Positions 1 through 10,829 of a stretch of 64,000 nucleotides of DNA are shown one piece after another. Position 1 is the first letter of the stretch. Each line of letters begins with the position of its first letter. The notes under the pieces were generated by a model. The model was not told where the DNA came from and ran no database searches. It was given only the letters and a program-made list of their open reading frames with translations. The stretch is from positions 149,466 to 213,465 of the forward strand of contig JAHPZH010000001.1 in NCBI GenBank assembly GCA_019058315.1, written 5' to 3'. The position numbers and the translations under genes were made by a program. Source of the DNA: Candidatus Helarchaeota archaeon. Its GTDB lineage: Archaea > Asgardarchaeota > Lokiarchaeia > Helarchaeales > RDOG01.

Positions 1-705
1 AGATATAAGATTCGAATGAGTCAACATTACACCTTTTGGTAGACCTGTAGTTCCACCTGTGAATAAAAGTCCCGCCAAATCCTCATACACATTTATTTTT
101 ACATTTGGTTCTTTTGGAGGATATTTTTCCAATAATTTTTGAACGGTTAAGTCATCAGGGTTATCAGAGGATATTTTTATTATATTTTCAATACCAATTT
201 CTTTAGAAGCTCGTTTTACAATTCCAACAAATTGTCTATCTGTTATGAAAACTTTAACTATTCCTGCCGAATCAACAATGTGTTTAACTTCTTTCTTTTT
301 TAATAAATAATTGACGGGTATTAAAGTAGCACCCGTCTGCCCAGTAGCGTACGTTGCAAAGACAAATTCAGGGCAATTTGGGGTCATAACAGCAATTCCA
401 TCACCCCTTTTCACGCCAAACTCGGAAATTAGGGCGTTGCTTAATATATCGGCATTATATTTAGTTTCATAAAATGTATATTTTAAATTTGTCTGGGTAA
501 AATGCATACATACATTATTAGGAAAATATTGAACTGTTCTTTTCAAAAAGTCTGGGAATCCGTTAAGTTTGGGATATTTTACGGTCTTAGCTGCTTCGAG
601 AGGTCTATTTTTTAACCAAGGGCGGTCTGGTCTGACCCATGGACTATCATTTTCCATATCTAATACATCTAGAAAGTTAAAATCATAATTCTCCTTTTCG
701 TTCAT
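1..705 (-). CDS. AMP-forming acyl-CoA synthetase (long-chain fatty acid-CoA ligase family), 5' part; runs off the window start
   Basis: Not in the ORF track. Manual translation from ATG at 705 (RBS GGAAGGTGA upstream) gives MNEKENYDF...VKKGDGIAVMTPNCPEF...LLFTGGTTGLPKGVMLTHSNLIS, which contains the adenylate-forming P-loop. Confidence 0.9.
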   Translation of the reverse strand, partial: MNEKENYDFNFLDVLDMENDSPWVRPDRPWLKNRPLEAAKTVKYPKLNGFPDFLKRTVQYFPNNVCMHFTQTNLKYTFYETKYNADILSNALISEFGVKRGDGIAVMTPNCPEFVFATYATGQTGATLIPVNYLLKKKEVKHIVDSAGIVKVFITDRQFVGIVKRASKEIGIENIIKISSDNPDDLTVQKLLEKYPPKEPNVKINVYEDLAGLLFTGGTTGLPKGVMLTHSNLIS

Positions 706-864
706 TATAATTCACCTTCCATTCTAATATTCATTTAATTGTATTTTTCAGTCTTTATCCCCTATTTATTTTAATTGATAGTTTATTTTTTGTACATTTA
801 TAAATTTAATATTTTAAGTTTATATAACCTATTAAGTATTAGCAGTTAATAATGGAGTTTTTTT

Positions 865-1452
865 ATGAAAAAACCTTTGTTCTGCTTAAAATGCGGAGAA
901 AAAATAGCTGAAGATGCTAAAATATGTGATAAATGCAAGAGTGATGCTTCAAAAAGTCCAAATCCTCTAAAAATTGAGATAAATGATATCAGTCAGAAAT
1001 CTTGTTTTAATTGTAAATCAAAAAATTTAGCTCCTCTAATGTTTATTTACCACAATGGTATACCTCCAGGACGAGAAGGGCATAATGTCGTCTACGGTCA
1101 TTTTTTAATCGTTGAGTGTTTAGATTGTAGGACAGGTTTTATAGAAAAAATGGACCACGATTGTTGGTCTTACGACGAAATTTGGGATTTAAATGAATGG
1201 TATGTATTAAATGAATATAATATGGGGATACTAAAAAATATATTAGAAAATTGCCCGCAGCCTCTCTCTTCATTATGCACTTGTACTCTTCACAAAACAT
1301 TTAGGTCAGAAATATATTCATTACCAACCGAGCCATGGGAAAGTGTTTCTAAAGATTTTAAACACGTCCCAAAATTTGATAAAAAACATGTACATGAAAT
1401 ATCATTGAAAATAGAAGGTACCAAACCAAATTTAGAAATTATATTAAAATAA
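865..1452 (+). CDS. Cys-rich hypothetical protein with N-terminal zinc ribbon
   Basis: CLKC..CDKC ribbon, further CFNC, CLDC and CPQPLSSLCTCTLH clusters; GGAG RBS upstream. Confidence 0.6.
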   Translation: MKKPLFCLKCGEKIAEDAKICDKCKSDASKSPNPLKIEINDISQKSCFNCKSKNLAPLMFIYHNGIPPGREGHNVVYGHFLIVECLDCRTGFIEKMDHDCWSYDEIWDLNEWYVLNEYNMGILKNILENCPQPLSSLCTCTLHKTFRSEIYSLPTEPWESVSKDFKHVPKFDKKHVHEISLKIEGTKPNLEIILK

Positions 1453-1471
1453 AGTTAAAAAACATAGTTAA

Positions 1472-2374
1472 TCATTGAGATTTCTTTGATTTTAAATCCT
1501 TCAATATGAGTTTAATTTGATCAAACGCATCCATAATTCCATCAAATCGAGTTTGTAAACCTCTTTTCCACGAAGGTCCTGTTTCTGTATAGATATAAAA
1601 TATATTTTTACGAATTGCCTCAAACACAACATCACCAACTTGATCAGCTGAAGTTCCGTAATCCCATAATTTTGGAAGTTCTTCAGCCAATTTTTCAAGT
1701 TCGGGATAATTTTTTTTAACTCTATCTATGCACGGTTCATAATCAGAATCACAAAATTCTTCTGGACGATTTCTTTCGCTATTAGCAATTTTAGTGTTCA
1801 CTATTCCTGGACAAAGAACTGAAACATTAATTTTCTTTCTCAATAGCGTCAAACATGATCTTAAACTCTCAGAAAGACCTATTACTGCATGCTTAGAGAC
1901 AGTATAGATTCCATTCCAAGCTTCTCCAAGTAGTAACCCCGCCATAGATGATGTATTAACAATATGACATTCATTATCTTGCTCAATCATTATAGGAATA
2001 AAAACTCGGATCCCATGAATAATACCCCATAAGTTTACTCCTAAAGCCCAATTCCAATCAGATAAATTTAACTCCCAAAGAATTCCTGGAGCGGCAACCC
2101 CAGCATTATTACATAATATATGGACTTCTCCAAACGCATCAATCGTTTTTTTGGCTAATATTTCAATATTTTCGGCTTTTGAAACATCTGTCAATACAGA
2201 TATTACCTCTATCCCAGATGATTTTAATTCTTGTTCGGCTTGATTTAGAGAATCTTTTTCAATATCACACAATACTACTTTCATACCCTCTTTCGCAGCT
2301 CTTCTGGCTATACCAAGACCGATTCCGCTTGCCGCACCAGTTACAACTGCTACTTTATCTTTAAATTCTTTCAT
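1472..2374 (-). CDS. Classical short-chain dehydrogenase/reductase
   Basis: TGAASGIG, NNAG, catalytic YTVSK, VLCPG motifs. Confidence 0.92.
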   Translation of the reverse strand: MKEFKDKVAVVTGAASGIGLGIARRAAKEGMKVVLCDIEKDSLNQAEQELKSSGIEVISVLTDVSKAENIEILAKKTIDAFGEVHILCNNAGVAAPGILWELNLSDWNWALGVNLWGIIHGIRVFIPIMIEQDNECHIVNTSSMAGLLLGEAWNGIYTVSKHAVIGLSESLRSCLTLLRKKINVSVLCPGIVNTKIANSERNRPEEFCDSDYEPCIDRVKKNYPELEKLAEELPKLWDYGTSADQVGDVVFEAIRKNIFYIYTETGPSWKRGLQTRFDGIMDAFDQIKLILKDLKSKKSQ

Positions 2375-2477
2375 AATTTTTAAGCTCTTTTTTTTTTAAT
2401 AATATTAATAAAATAACATAGAATTACTAATCTTAAAAATTAAAAATTATAATAATAAATAACGATACTTTATCTAA

Positions 2478-4172
2478 TCAGACTGTTGTCCAACGTGGTT
2501 GTGGTTTTAAATTCCATGCTTGAGTTGCATACTCACTTACCATTCTGTGAGTGTTGAAATAAGGTATTAATCGAATTGCCTGTTTCATTCTTTCAATCCA
2601 ATCATTTTGCTTATTATAATATGTTGGAATAATCTCATCTTCTAATGTTTCATAAATATCATTTGCGTCTGCCTCATCATTATTAATTTCTGCATTTGGC
2701 TCGTTTGGTTTTGGTCCAATTTTCCAGCCTGCCATGCCACCGCTTATTGCGTAGCCTTCTATAAACCAACCATCTAGTACAGAAAAATTTAAAACACCAT
2801 TATGTGCTGCTTTCATTCCACTCGTTCCCGATGCCTCCATGTATCTCATGGGATTATTTAACCATACATCTACACCAGCAGTCATTAATGCGCCTAAGTC
2901 CATATCATAATTTCCTAGAAAAGCAAGACCAACCCTATAATTATCCCATAAATATTGTGAAGCCCAGAAGATATGCTTTATTATATTTTTTCCATCTTGA
3001 TCCCTTGGATGAGTCTTCCCACACCATATAAACTGTGCTCTACCTTTTGCTATTTTTCCCAATCTATCAATATCGTTCAGAATCAAAGTGGCTCTTTTAT
3101 ATTTTGTCACTCTTCTTGCGAATCCAATTGTTAATAATTTTTGATCTGAAAGTACCCAACTATGTGATTTTTCATAATCTAATAGCTTTGATTTTATTTT
3201 TTGATGGATTCGCCAAATTTCATTTGAATCTAAAAGATAGGCTCTATCAAAAACTGAAGGATCATGTTTCCAATTTGGAAGGGCTTCTCTGTAATAATCT
3301 GCAAATTCAGGGTGTATCCACCTTACTGTATGAACGCCGTTAGTAATTCCGTGTATTTTATAATTTGGGTACATTTTCTGTGCTACTTCACTGTGTTTTT
3401 TAGAAACACCGTTGATATATCTTGAGAAATATAAAGCTAAATGAGTCATGTTTAATTGGTCTTTTCCTGCATATTTCTTAATCTCTTCTGGTATAAGTGA
3501 ATTTCTAAAAACATCATAAACTAATCCATAATCAAACCTATCATGTCCTGCGGGGACTGGTGTATGAGTAGTAAAAACGGTTCTTTTTCTGACTTCATCG
3601 ACATCTTTCAAATCTCTTAATAATTCTAAAGTAAGAAATGCCGCATGCCCCTCATTACTATGAAAAGTATGAATATCATTATATTTCATAGCTTTTAGAA
3701 TTTTAACACCACCAATACCTAATATGATTTCTTGACAAATTCGTTGAAATGGTGTTGCATCGTATAAAACTCTCGTGAAATTTTTTTGCCATTCCTCATT
3801 TCCTTCAATATCAGTGTTCAAAAGATAAACTGGAACTCTGTGTCCTGTATGTCCAATAATTTCATAAACCCAAGCATCAACTAAGACATCTTTTCCTTGA
3901 ATATTGACCTTAACTGTTACAGGGGCTTTATCAAGAACAGATCCAAAGTCCCATCTAACATCTCGCTCAATTTGGGTCCCATCATGGCCAAGCATTTGAT
4001 AGAAATATCCAGAGTTGTAAGCAAGCGTCACAGCTATAATAGGTATCTCCAAATCTGCACAAGATTTTAAAGTATCTCCCGCAAGTACTCCTAAACCACC
4101 AGAATAGGTAGGAATATCCGCATTAAGTCCAATTTCCATGCTGAAATAAGCAATTTTAGGAACGATTTTCAT
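2478..4172 (-). CDS. glgP: Alpha-glucan (glycogen/maltodextrin) phosphorylase, short form (GT35)
   Basis: YFSMEIG, YSGGLGVLAGD, NEGH, FARRVTKYKR, PLP-lysine motif EASGTSGMKA. Confidence 0.95.
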   Translation of the reverse strand: MKIVPKIAYFSMEIGLNADIPTYSGGLGVLAGDTLKSCADLEIPIIAVTLAYNSGYFYQMLGHDGTQIERDVRWDFGSVLDKAPVTVKVNIQGKDVLVDAWVYEIIGHTGHRVPVYLLNTDIEGNEEWQKNFTRVLYDATPFQRICQEIILGIGGVKILKAMKYNDIHTFHSNEGHAAFLTLELLRDLKDVDEVRKRTVFTTHTPVPAGHDRFDYGLVYDVFRNSLIPEEIKKYAGKDQLNMTHLALYFSRYINGVSKKHSEVAQKMYPNYKIHGITNGVHTVRWIHPEFADYYREALPNWKHDPSVFDRAYLLDSNEIWRIHQKIKSKLLDYEKSHSWVLSDQKLLTIGFARRVTKYKRATLILNDIDRLGKIAKGRAQFIWCGKTHPRDQDGKNIIKHIFWASQYLWDNYRVGLAFLGNYDMDLGALMTAGVDVWLNNPMRYMEASGTSGMKAAHNGVLNFSVLDGWFIEGYAISGGMAGWKIGPKPNEPNAEINNDEADANDIYETLEDEIIPTYYNKQNDWIERMKQAIRLIPYFNTHRMVSEYATQAWNLKPQPRWTTV

Positions 4173-4303
4173 ATTTTCATCTCAAGTTCACTTTTTAAAT
4201 ATCAAATTAAGTAATCTTCAATAGAATTTAAATTTAGCATAATATCATAAAATGTAAAATTAAACTTTTTCAATAATCAAAGATTTATATCTTCAAAAAA
4301 TTT

Positions 4304-6436
4304 GTGATTGATATGAAAGAAAAAATCAATTTTGCACTAGTTTTTCATTTTCATCAGCCAATAGGTAATTTTGATCATGTAATTGAGCATGCTTATCAAA
4401 AATCATATTTACCATTAATTAAAATGATTAAGAAATTTCCAAAAATTAAAGTTAGTCTTCATTATACTGGCTATTTACTAGAATGGCTAGAAAAAAATCA
4501 TCCAGAATATGATGATATATTAAAAGAGATGTCAAATGAAGGGCAGATTGAAATAATTGGTGGAGCTTTTTACGAACCAATTATACCAATAATTCCTGAT
4601 AGAGATAAGAAAGCTCAAATTGAATTATTAAGAGATTATATCAAAAAACATTTTAATTTAGATATAAAGGGATTTTGGTTAGCAGAAAGGGCTTGGGAAC
4701 CCCATTTGCCTAAAATCTTGAGTGAATGTGGCATTGAATATATATTAATTGATGATTTTCATCTAAGAGCGAATGGTCTTTATGAAGAAGAAACATTTTT
4801 TCCTTATATTACCGAGGAACAAGGTTACATAGTAAAAGTAATACCAATAAACGAACCTTTAAGATATATGGTTCCATGGAAACAACCTTGGGAACCAGTA
4901 GAATATTTAGAAAAAAATAAAAATACAGAAGGAAGTAGATTAATTACTCTCATTTCAGATGCAGAAAAGATGGGTGTTTGGCCTGCAGGTGATATGACGA
5001 CTTATGATATATGTTATGTAAAAGGATATGATGGAACACCTTGGCTTGAATCTTGGTTTCGACGGCTCACAGAAGGTATGGACAGTTGGCTTAATATGCT
5101 TCATATAAGCGAATATTTGAAAAATTATAAGCCCAAGGGTCTAATTTATATGCCTACAGCATCATATGATAAAATGTCATATTGGGTTCTGCCTACTCGT
5201 GCAAGAAGGAGCTTGGAAAACCTCATTCAAAAAGCAAAATGGAAACAATTCGGAGAACCCTTTTCAGATGAACTTCTACAATTTTTAAAGGGAGGATATT
5301 GGAGAGGATTCCTCGTAAAATACCCCGAATCTAATTTAATGCATAAAAAAATGTTATATGTAAGACAAAAACTTATAAATTATGAAGAAGAGTTTGGAAA
5401 AAGTGAGAATTTAAAAGAAATTTGGATTGACATCTATAAAAGCCAATGCAATGATCCTTATTGGCATGGTCAATTTGGAGGAGTATACTTTTCATTTATG
5501 CGCGAAACAATTTATTCATGCCTGATAAATGCAGAAAGAAAAATTGATAAATTATTAAAGCAAAGAAACCAGCCAACTAACAATTTATATGAAAAAGATT
5601 TAACTTTTGATGGCAGATCTGAAATTTTGATGGAAAATGAGTTTTTAAATGTATATATTCAACCTCATTACGGAGCCAGCATATTAGAAATTGATATCAA
5701 AAACGCAACCCATAATATTTTAAATGTATTTACTAGAAAAGAGGAAGCATATCATGATCCTAAAGAGAAATTTCCAATTGATCGATGGAGAAAACAAGCT
5801 TTTATTGACCATTTTATTCAAAATGCTTTTATTATGAACCAATTACAGATTCCAATCGATAAACTAGAGGAAAATTCATTAGAGAAAAAAGTCTATTTTG
5901 ATGAATTCGAAGAAAGGGGTAATTTTGCAGGAACTACTTATGAATATGAAATCACCTCTAAAGAAGAAAATCAAATAGCAAATTTAACTAAGAAGGGTAA
6001 GATTAAAGGGAATAATGTTCAAATCGATAAAGTAATCGTTTTAAAAAATAAAACAATCGAAATTAAATATAAAATTATTAACAATTCAAAGGAAAAATTG
6101 GACACTCATCATTATGTTGAATTTCCAGTATATATTGATTCTGATATTTCACAAAATATAATATTAGCAAATAATAACGAAATAAATGTTAAAAATATTT
6201 CTAATTGGAAAGGTAGTCAATTACACATCAAGAATTCAAAGAAAAATTTGTTTCTGACAATTTCTACGCAAAAATTTTGCAATTTTTTAATTTATCCATT
6301 AATGACCTATGTAACTACTGATGGAGGATATGATACCTTATTTCAAGGAGCGGTAATTGGCTTACAGAGTAAAATAGAATTAAAACCAAGTGAGGTTTAT
6401 AATAACTCAATCATTATTGATTTTAAGGACGAATAA
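4304..6436 (+). CDS. GH57 4-alpha-glucanotransferase/alpha-amylase
   Basis: HFHQP, nucleophile WLAERAW, acid/base SDAEKMG, QCNDPYWHG, C-terminal beta-sandwich. The start may be the ATG at 4313. Confidence 0.88.
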   Translation: MIDMKEKINFALVFHFHQPIGNFDHVIEHAYQKSYLPLIKMIKKFPKIKVSLHYTGYLLEWLEKNHPEYDDILKEMSNEGQIEIIGGAFYEPIIPIIPDRDKKAQIELLRDYIKKHFNLDIKGFWLAERAWEPHLPKILSECGIEYILIDDFHLRANGLYEEETFFPYITEEQGYIVKVIPINEPLRYMVPWKQPWEPVEYLEKNKNTEGSRLITLISDAEKMGVWPAGDMTTYDICYVKGYDGTPWLESWFRRLTEGMDSWLNMLHISEYLKNYKPKGLIYMPTASYDKMSYWVLPTRARRSLENLIQKAKWKQFGEPFSDELLQFLKGGYWRGFLVKYPESNLMHKKMLYVRQKLINYEEEFGKSENLKEIWIDIYKSQCNDPYWHGQFGGVYFSFMRETIYSCLINAERKIDKLLKQRNQPTNNLYEKDLTFDGRSEILMENEFLNVYIQPHYGASILEIDIKNATHNILNVFTRKEEAYHDPKEKFPIDRWRKQAFIDHFIQNAFIMNQLQIPIDKLEENSLEKKVYFDEFEERGNFAGTTYEYEITSKEENQIANLTKKGKIKGNNVQIDKVIVLKNKTIEIKYKIINNSKEKLDTHHYVEFPVYIDSDISQNIILANNNEINVKNISNWKGSQLHIKNSKKNLFLTISTQKFCNFLIYPLMTYVTTDGGYDTLFQGAVIGLQSKIELKPSEVYNNSIIIDFKDE

Positions 6437-6438
6437 AA

Positions 6439-8934
6439 ATGACAATCGATGATGATAGATTCGTTTGCATTCACGGACATTTCTATCAGCCACCCAGGGA
6501 AAATCCTTGGATTGAAGAAATAGAATTAGAAGACTCTGCAGCACCATTCCCAAATTGGAATGAAAAAATTACCCATGAGTGTTATGCACCTAATGCATAC
6601 GCTAGAATTTTGGATAAAGATGGTAAAATATCTAAGATTAAAAATAATTATGAAAAAATGAGCTTTAATTTTGGACCCACTCTATTAGATTGGCTTGAAA
6701 AAAAAGTTCCATCTGTTTATAAGAAGATACTAGAGGCAGATGAAAATAGTAAAAAATTTAATGGAGGACATGGTAACGCTATTGCTCAGATATATAATCA
6801 TATTATTATGCCTCTAGCTTTGAAACATGATAAAGAGACCGAAATTATCTGGGGCATTAAAAGTTTTCTACGGGATTTTAAAAGAAAACCTGAAGGGATG
6901 TGGCTTTCTGAAACTGCAGTCGATTTAGAAACAATCGAGCTCCTAATAAAGCATGGTATTAAGTTCATAATTCTATCACCTCATCAAGCTTCAAAAATTC
7001 GAAAAATAGGCACAGAAGATTGGACTGATATTGATGTCCAAAGTCTAGATACTTCAAGATGTTATAAGTTAAATATTTCTGATGATAAATCAATCGCCAT
7101 TTTTTTCTATGATAAGGGTTTATCCAGTGATATAGCATTTAATGGGATCCTAAAAGAAGGAATTCGATTCATTGATCGCATTACTTATTCATTTGATCCA
7201 TCCAAAAATACTCCTCAATTAGTAAATGCTGCTACTGATGGAGAGAGCTATGGACATCATAAAAAATTTGCAGAAATGGCTCTTGCCTATGCACTAGAAT
7301 ATATTGAATCAAGAAAACTTGCGACAATTATAAATTATGGTTATTATTTAGAACTTTTTCCACCCCAATATGAAGTAGAAATTTTAGAAAATACATCATG
7401 GAGTGATTCTCAAGGTGTTGAGCGATGGAGAAGTGATCTTGGGGATTCCATTTCTGAAAAACCTGGTTGGAATCAAAAATGGAGAACTCCTCTTCGAGAT
7501 GCTATGAATTTCTTAAAAGAAAAAGTAGATGTTCTCTATGTTCAAGAGGTCTCAAAATATCTTCAAGATCCTTGGGATGCTCGTAATTATTATATTGATG
7601 TTGTAATTAATCGAACCGATAAACAAAGAGAAAAATTCTTCTCAAAATATCAAAAGAAAGATTTAGATGAGGAGGAGATACATAAAGTTATCAGTTTAAT
7701 GGAAATGCAAAGAAATGCTCTATTAATGTTTACTAGCTGTGGTTGGTTCTTTGATGATATGGGAATTGAAACCAAACAAATTCTAAAATACGCAATTAGG
7801 GTTATTCAAATAGCAAGAGAATTTAACTGGGATTTAGAAAATGAATATAAGAATATAATGAAAAAAGCCAGAAGTAATATAGCTCCCTATAAAACTGGTG
7901 ATATGATATTTGAAGAGGTAAAAAAGGAATATATTGTTAATTTTGAAAAAGCAATTTCCAATTATGCATTATTATCAACAATGGTTCCTATGGAAAAAGA
8001 ATGTGAACTTTATGTCTATAGAGTTCGTAATTTAGATCATGTAAGATTGGAGTATGGATTCGCTGTTTGCGTTATAGGCTACTTAGAAATCTTTTCCAAT
8101 TTAACTTGCCATTTTGAAAAGTCTATGTTTATTGGGATAAAAATGGAAAGAGATTTTATAGCAGGTGCAAAAATAATCCAAGATTTTGATGAATATGAGC
8201 GAAATAAAAAAACATTGATGAAAATTTTTGAAGGTGAATCAATAACAGAACTGATTAGAGCAGTTGATCATATTTTTAAAGATCACATCTTTGGGATTAC
8301 AGATTTATTCTTTAAGGAACGAAAAGAAGTTTTAAATAAGTTAATAACCTCTAATTTTATATTTTTAGACACAGAATTTAATCAATTTTATAATATAAAT
8401 CTCAAATTCATGAGATATTTGAAAAATATTAGTGTACAAATTCCAGATAAATTCAAACTTGTACTAGAATATGTGTTAAATCAAGATTTGACACAAGAAT
8501 TTGATAATTTTTTAAAGGAAAAAAATTATGAAAACCTAGAAAAGACATTACAAAAGGCTGAATATTGGGGAATTAAATTAAATACAACAAGATTTGACAA
8601 AGAAATCACAAGAACCATTATTAATCTATTAAATACAATTTTAAAATCAAGTTTAAAAAATCCAAATGCAATAACTTATCTCGAACAAATCGAAGAGGCA
8701 TTAAATTTCGCAGTTAAATACAAACTTAATATTATTATGTGGGAAATTCAAAATGAATTTATCCATATAATTGAAGAAAATATAGAATTGCTTAAGGAAA
8801 TTAAAAGAATGAAAAGATCAGAAATAGATTTCAAATATGTCCAAATTTTAAGTTTAATAAATACTATTGGAACAAATCTTAATCTTGATATTGAAATAAT
8901 TATGAGATCGATAATTGGAAGTAAAATGATATAA
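6439..8934 (+). CDS. GH57 family protein (DUF3536 type)
   Basis: HGHFYQPPRENPW, WLSETAVD, TDGESYGHH, MFTSCGWFFDD. Confidence 0.88.
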   Translation: MTIDDDRFVCIHGHFYQPPRENPWIEEIELEDSAAPFPNWNEKITHECYAPNAYARILDKDGKISKIKNNYEKMSFNFGPTLLDWLEKKVPSVYKKILEADENSKKFNGGHGNAIAQIYNHIIMPLALKHDKETEIIWGIKSFLRDFKRKPEGMWLSETAVDLETIELLIKHGIKFIILSPHQASKIRKIGTEDWTDIDVQSLDTSRCYKLNISDDKSIAIFFYDKGLSSDIAFNGILKEGIRFIDRITYSFDPSKNTPQLVNAATDGESYGHHKKFAEMALAYALEYIESRKLATIINYGYYLELFPPQYEVEILENTSWSDSQGVERWRSDLGDSISEKPGWNQKWRTPLRDAMNFLKEKVDVLYVQEVSKYLQDPWDARNYYIDVVINRTDKQREKFFSKYQKKDLDEEEIHKVISLMEMQRNALLMFTSCGWFFDDMGIETKQILKYAIRVIQIAREFNWDLENEYKNIMKKARSNIAPYKTGDMIFEEVKKEYIVNFEKAISNYALLSTMVPMEKECELYVYRVRNLDHVRLEYGFAVCVIGYLEIFSNLTCHFEKSMFIGIKMERDFIAGAKIIQDFDEYERNKKTLMKIFEGESITELIRAVDHIFKDHIFGITDLFFKERKEVLNKLITSNFIFLDTEFNQFYNINLKFMRYLKNISVQIPDKFKLVLEYVLNQDLTQEFDNFLKEKNYENLEKTLQKAEYWGIKLNTTRFDKEITRTIINLLNTILKSSLKNPNAITYLEQIEEALNFAVKYKLNIIMWEIQNEFIHIIEENIELLKEIKRMKRSEIDFKYVQILSLINTIGTNLNLDIEIIMRSIIGSKMI

Positions 8935-8953
8935 TCTTTTGTGGTGATATGAT

Positions 8954-10678
8954 TTGAGTCCAGAAGTTAAGGGATATTTTTCTTTTGTATTACACTCTCA
9001 TCTACCTTATGTAACAAACCATGGCATTTGGCCACATGGTATGGATTGGTTAAACGAGGCTAGCGCAGAAACATATATTCCCATCCTCAATACGCTTTAT
9101 CAATTGAGAGATGAGGGATTTAAACCAAGATTAACCATAGGATTGACTCCAATTCTATGTGAACAAATGAGAAATGGTACATTTATTGAGGGCTTTATTA
9201 ACTATCTAGAAAACAAGATAACGATGGCAGAAGATGATAAGAAATTATTTATTGAGTGGAAATCTGAAAATCTAATCAGATTAAGTGACATGTGGAAGCA
9301 ATTTTACACCGATATTATTGTTGATTTTAAAGAAAAGTATAATAGAGATTTGGTTAATGCGTTTAAAATCCTCCAAGACGAGGGAATAATAGAAATAATT
9401 ACATGTGCTGCTACTCATGGATATCTACCACTCTTAAGTCAAGATTATAGTATTGAAAATCAAATTAAAGTAGGAATTCAAAATTATAAAAAACATTTTA
9501 AAAAAGCCCCTATTGGAATCTGGTTACCTGAATGTGCTTATAGACCCGCTTACAATTGGAAAAATCCAATTTTTACAGATGAACATGAATATGCTAGAAA
9601 AGGGGTAGAAGAAATTCTTAATTCGAATGGAATTAAATATTTTGTAATCGACACACATCTCCTAATGGGTGGAGAAGCCATAGGAGTTTATGCAGCACGA
9701 TTTGAAGCTTTAAAAATGCTTTGGGAAAATTTCAAAAGACAATACAAACCTCCACCTGTAGATTTTAATAAATCTCCCTATAGATCATATCTGGTTTCGT
9801 CCACTTCTAATTTTGAAGCTCAGGTCGCCATCTTTGTAAGAGATCCAAAAACTTCAATCCAACTATGGTCTGCCGAACATGGTTATCCTGGGGATGGATG
9901 GTACTTAGAATTTCATAAGAAACATTTTCCATCCGGTCATCGATATTGGCGAATCACGTCTGTTAAATCTTCCCTCGGTGATAAATTGGAATATGTCCCT
10001 GAAAATGTTGAAGCGAGATTAGTGGAAAATGCAGGTCATTACAAGCAACTCATTAAAGATATTCTATTTGATTTTCATTATAAGAATAACAAAGAATTAG
10101 GTATAGTAATTGCACCATACGATACTGAGCTTTTGGGTCATTGGTGGTTTGAAGGCCCCCGGTTTCTCTATAAGGTTTTAAAATGGGTAGAAATGGACCC
10201 TGAAATCGAATTAACAACTTGTGGAAAACATTTGACAGAATTTCCACCGATTAATATAGTACATATACCTGAAGGCTCTTGGGGAGAGGGTCAAGGGCAC
10301 TGGATTTGGCTAAACGAATGGACCACATGGACCTGGGAAAAAATTTATGAAATTGAAAGGAAACTTAAAGCTATTTTCGAAAAATATAGGGGCACCAAAG
10401 ATGAAAACTTGGGAAGAATAATTGTCCAAATCGAACGAGAGAATTTACTCTTACAATCTAGCGACTGGCAATTTCTCATTTCAACTTGGAGTGCTCGGGA
10501 TTATGCGGAAAATCGAGTAGCACAGCATTATAACCGCATCAATAAACTTATCGGAATACTAGAAGTCTATGAAAATACCAAAAATCTCTTACCTGAGCAT
10601 CAAAATTATTTAAATAAACTCGAATCCATTGATAATATATTCGGAGCTGAAATCGAAGAAGTTCTAGACTTAAAATAA
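8954..10678 (+). CDS. GH57 glycogen branching enzyme (DUF1957 type)
   Basis: LHSHLPYV, WLPECAY, PYDTELLGHWWFEG, LLQSSDWQF; TTG start after GGTGA. Confidence 0.9.
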   Translation: MSPEVKGYFSFVLHSHLPYVTNHGIWPHGMDWLNEASAETYIPILNTLYQLRDEGFKPRLTIGLTPILCEQMRNGTFIEGFINYLENKITMAEDDKKLFIEWKSENLIRLSDMWKQFYTDIIVDFKEKYNRDLVNAFKILQDEGIIEIITCAATHGYLPLLSQDYSIENQIKVGIQNYKKHFKKAPIGIWLPECAYRPAYNWKNPIFTDEHEYARKGVEEILNSNGIKYFVIDTHLLMGGEAIGVYAARFEALKMLWENFKRQYKPPPVDFNKSPYRSYLVSSTSNFEAQVAIFVRDPKTSIQLWSAEHGYPGDGWYLEFHKKHFPSGHRYWRITSVKSSLGDKLEYVPENVEARLVENAGHYKQLIKDILFDFHYKNNKELGIVIAPYDTELLGHWWFEGPRFLYKVLKWVEMDPEIELTTCGKHLTEFPPINIVHIPEGSWGEGQGHWIWLNEWTTWTWEKIYEIERKLKAIFEKYRGTKDENLGRIIVQIERENLLLQSSDWQFLISTWSARDYAENRVAQHYNRINKLIGILEVYENTKNLLPEHQNYLNKLESIDNIFGAEIEEVLDLK

Positions 10679-10829
10679 ATTAAAAATATCATTTAATTCT
10701 TAAATATGTTATAGATTGAGCCAATTTTAATATAGACTGAAAAGACATAAAATTAATTTTAATAATTTTATTTTTTACAATTTCACAAATTTAAATCATT
10801 AACTAATATTTCTAATCAGTTATAACCAT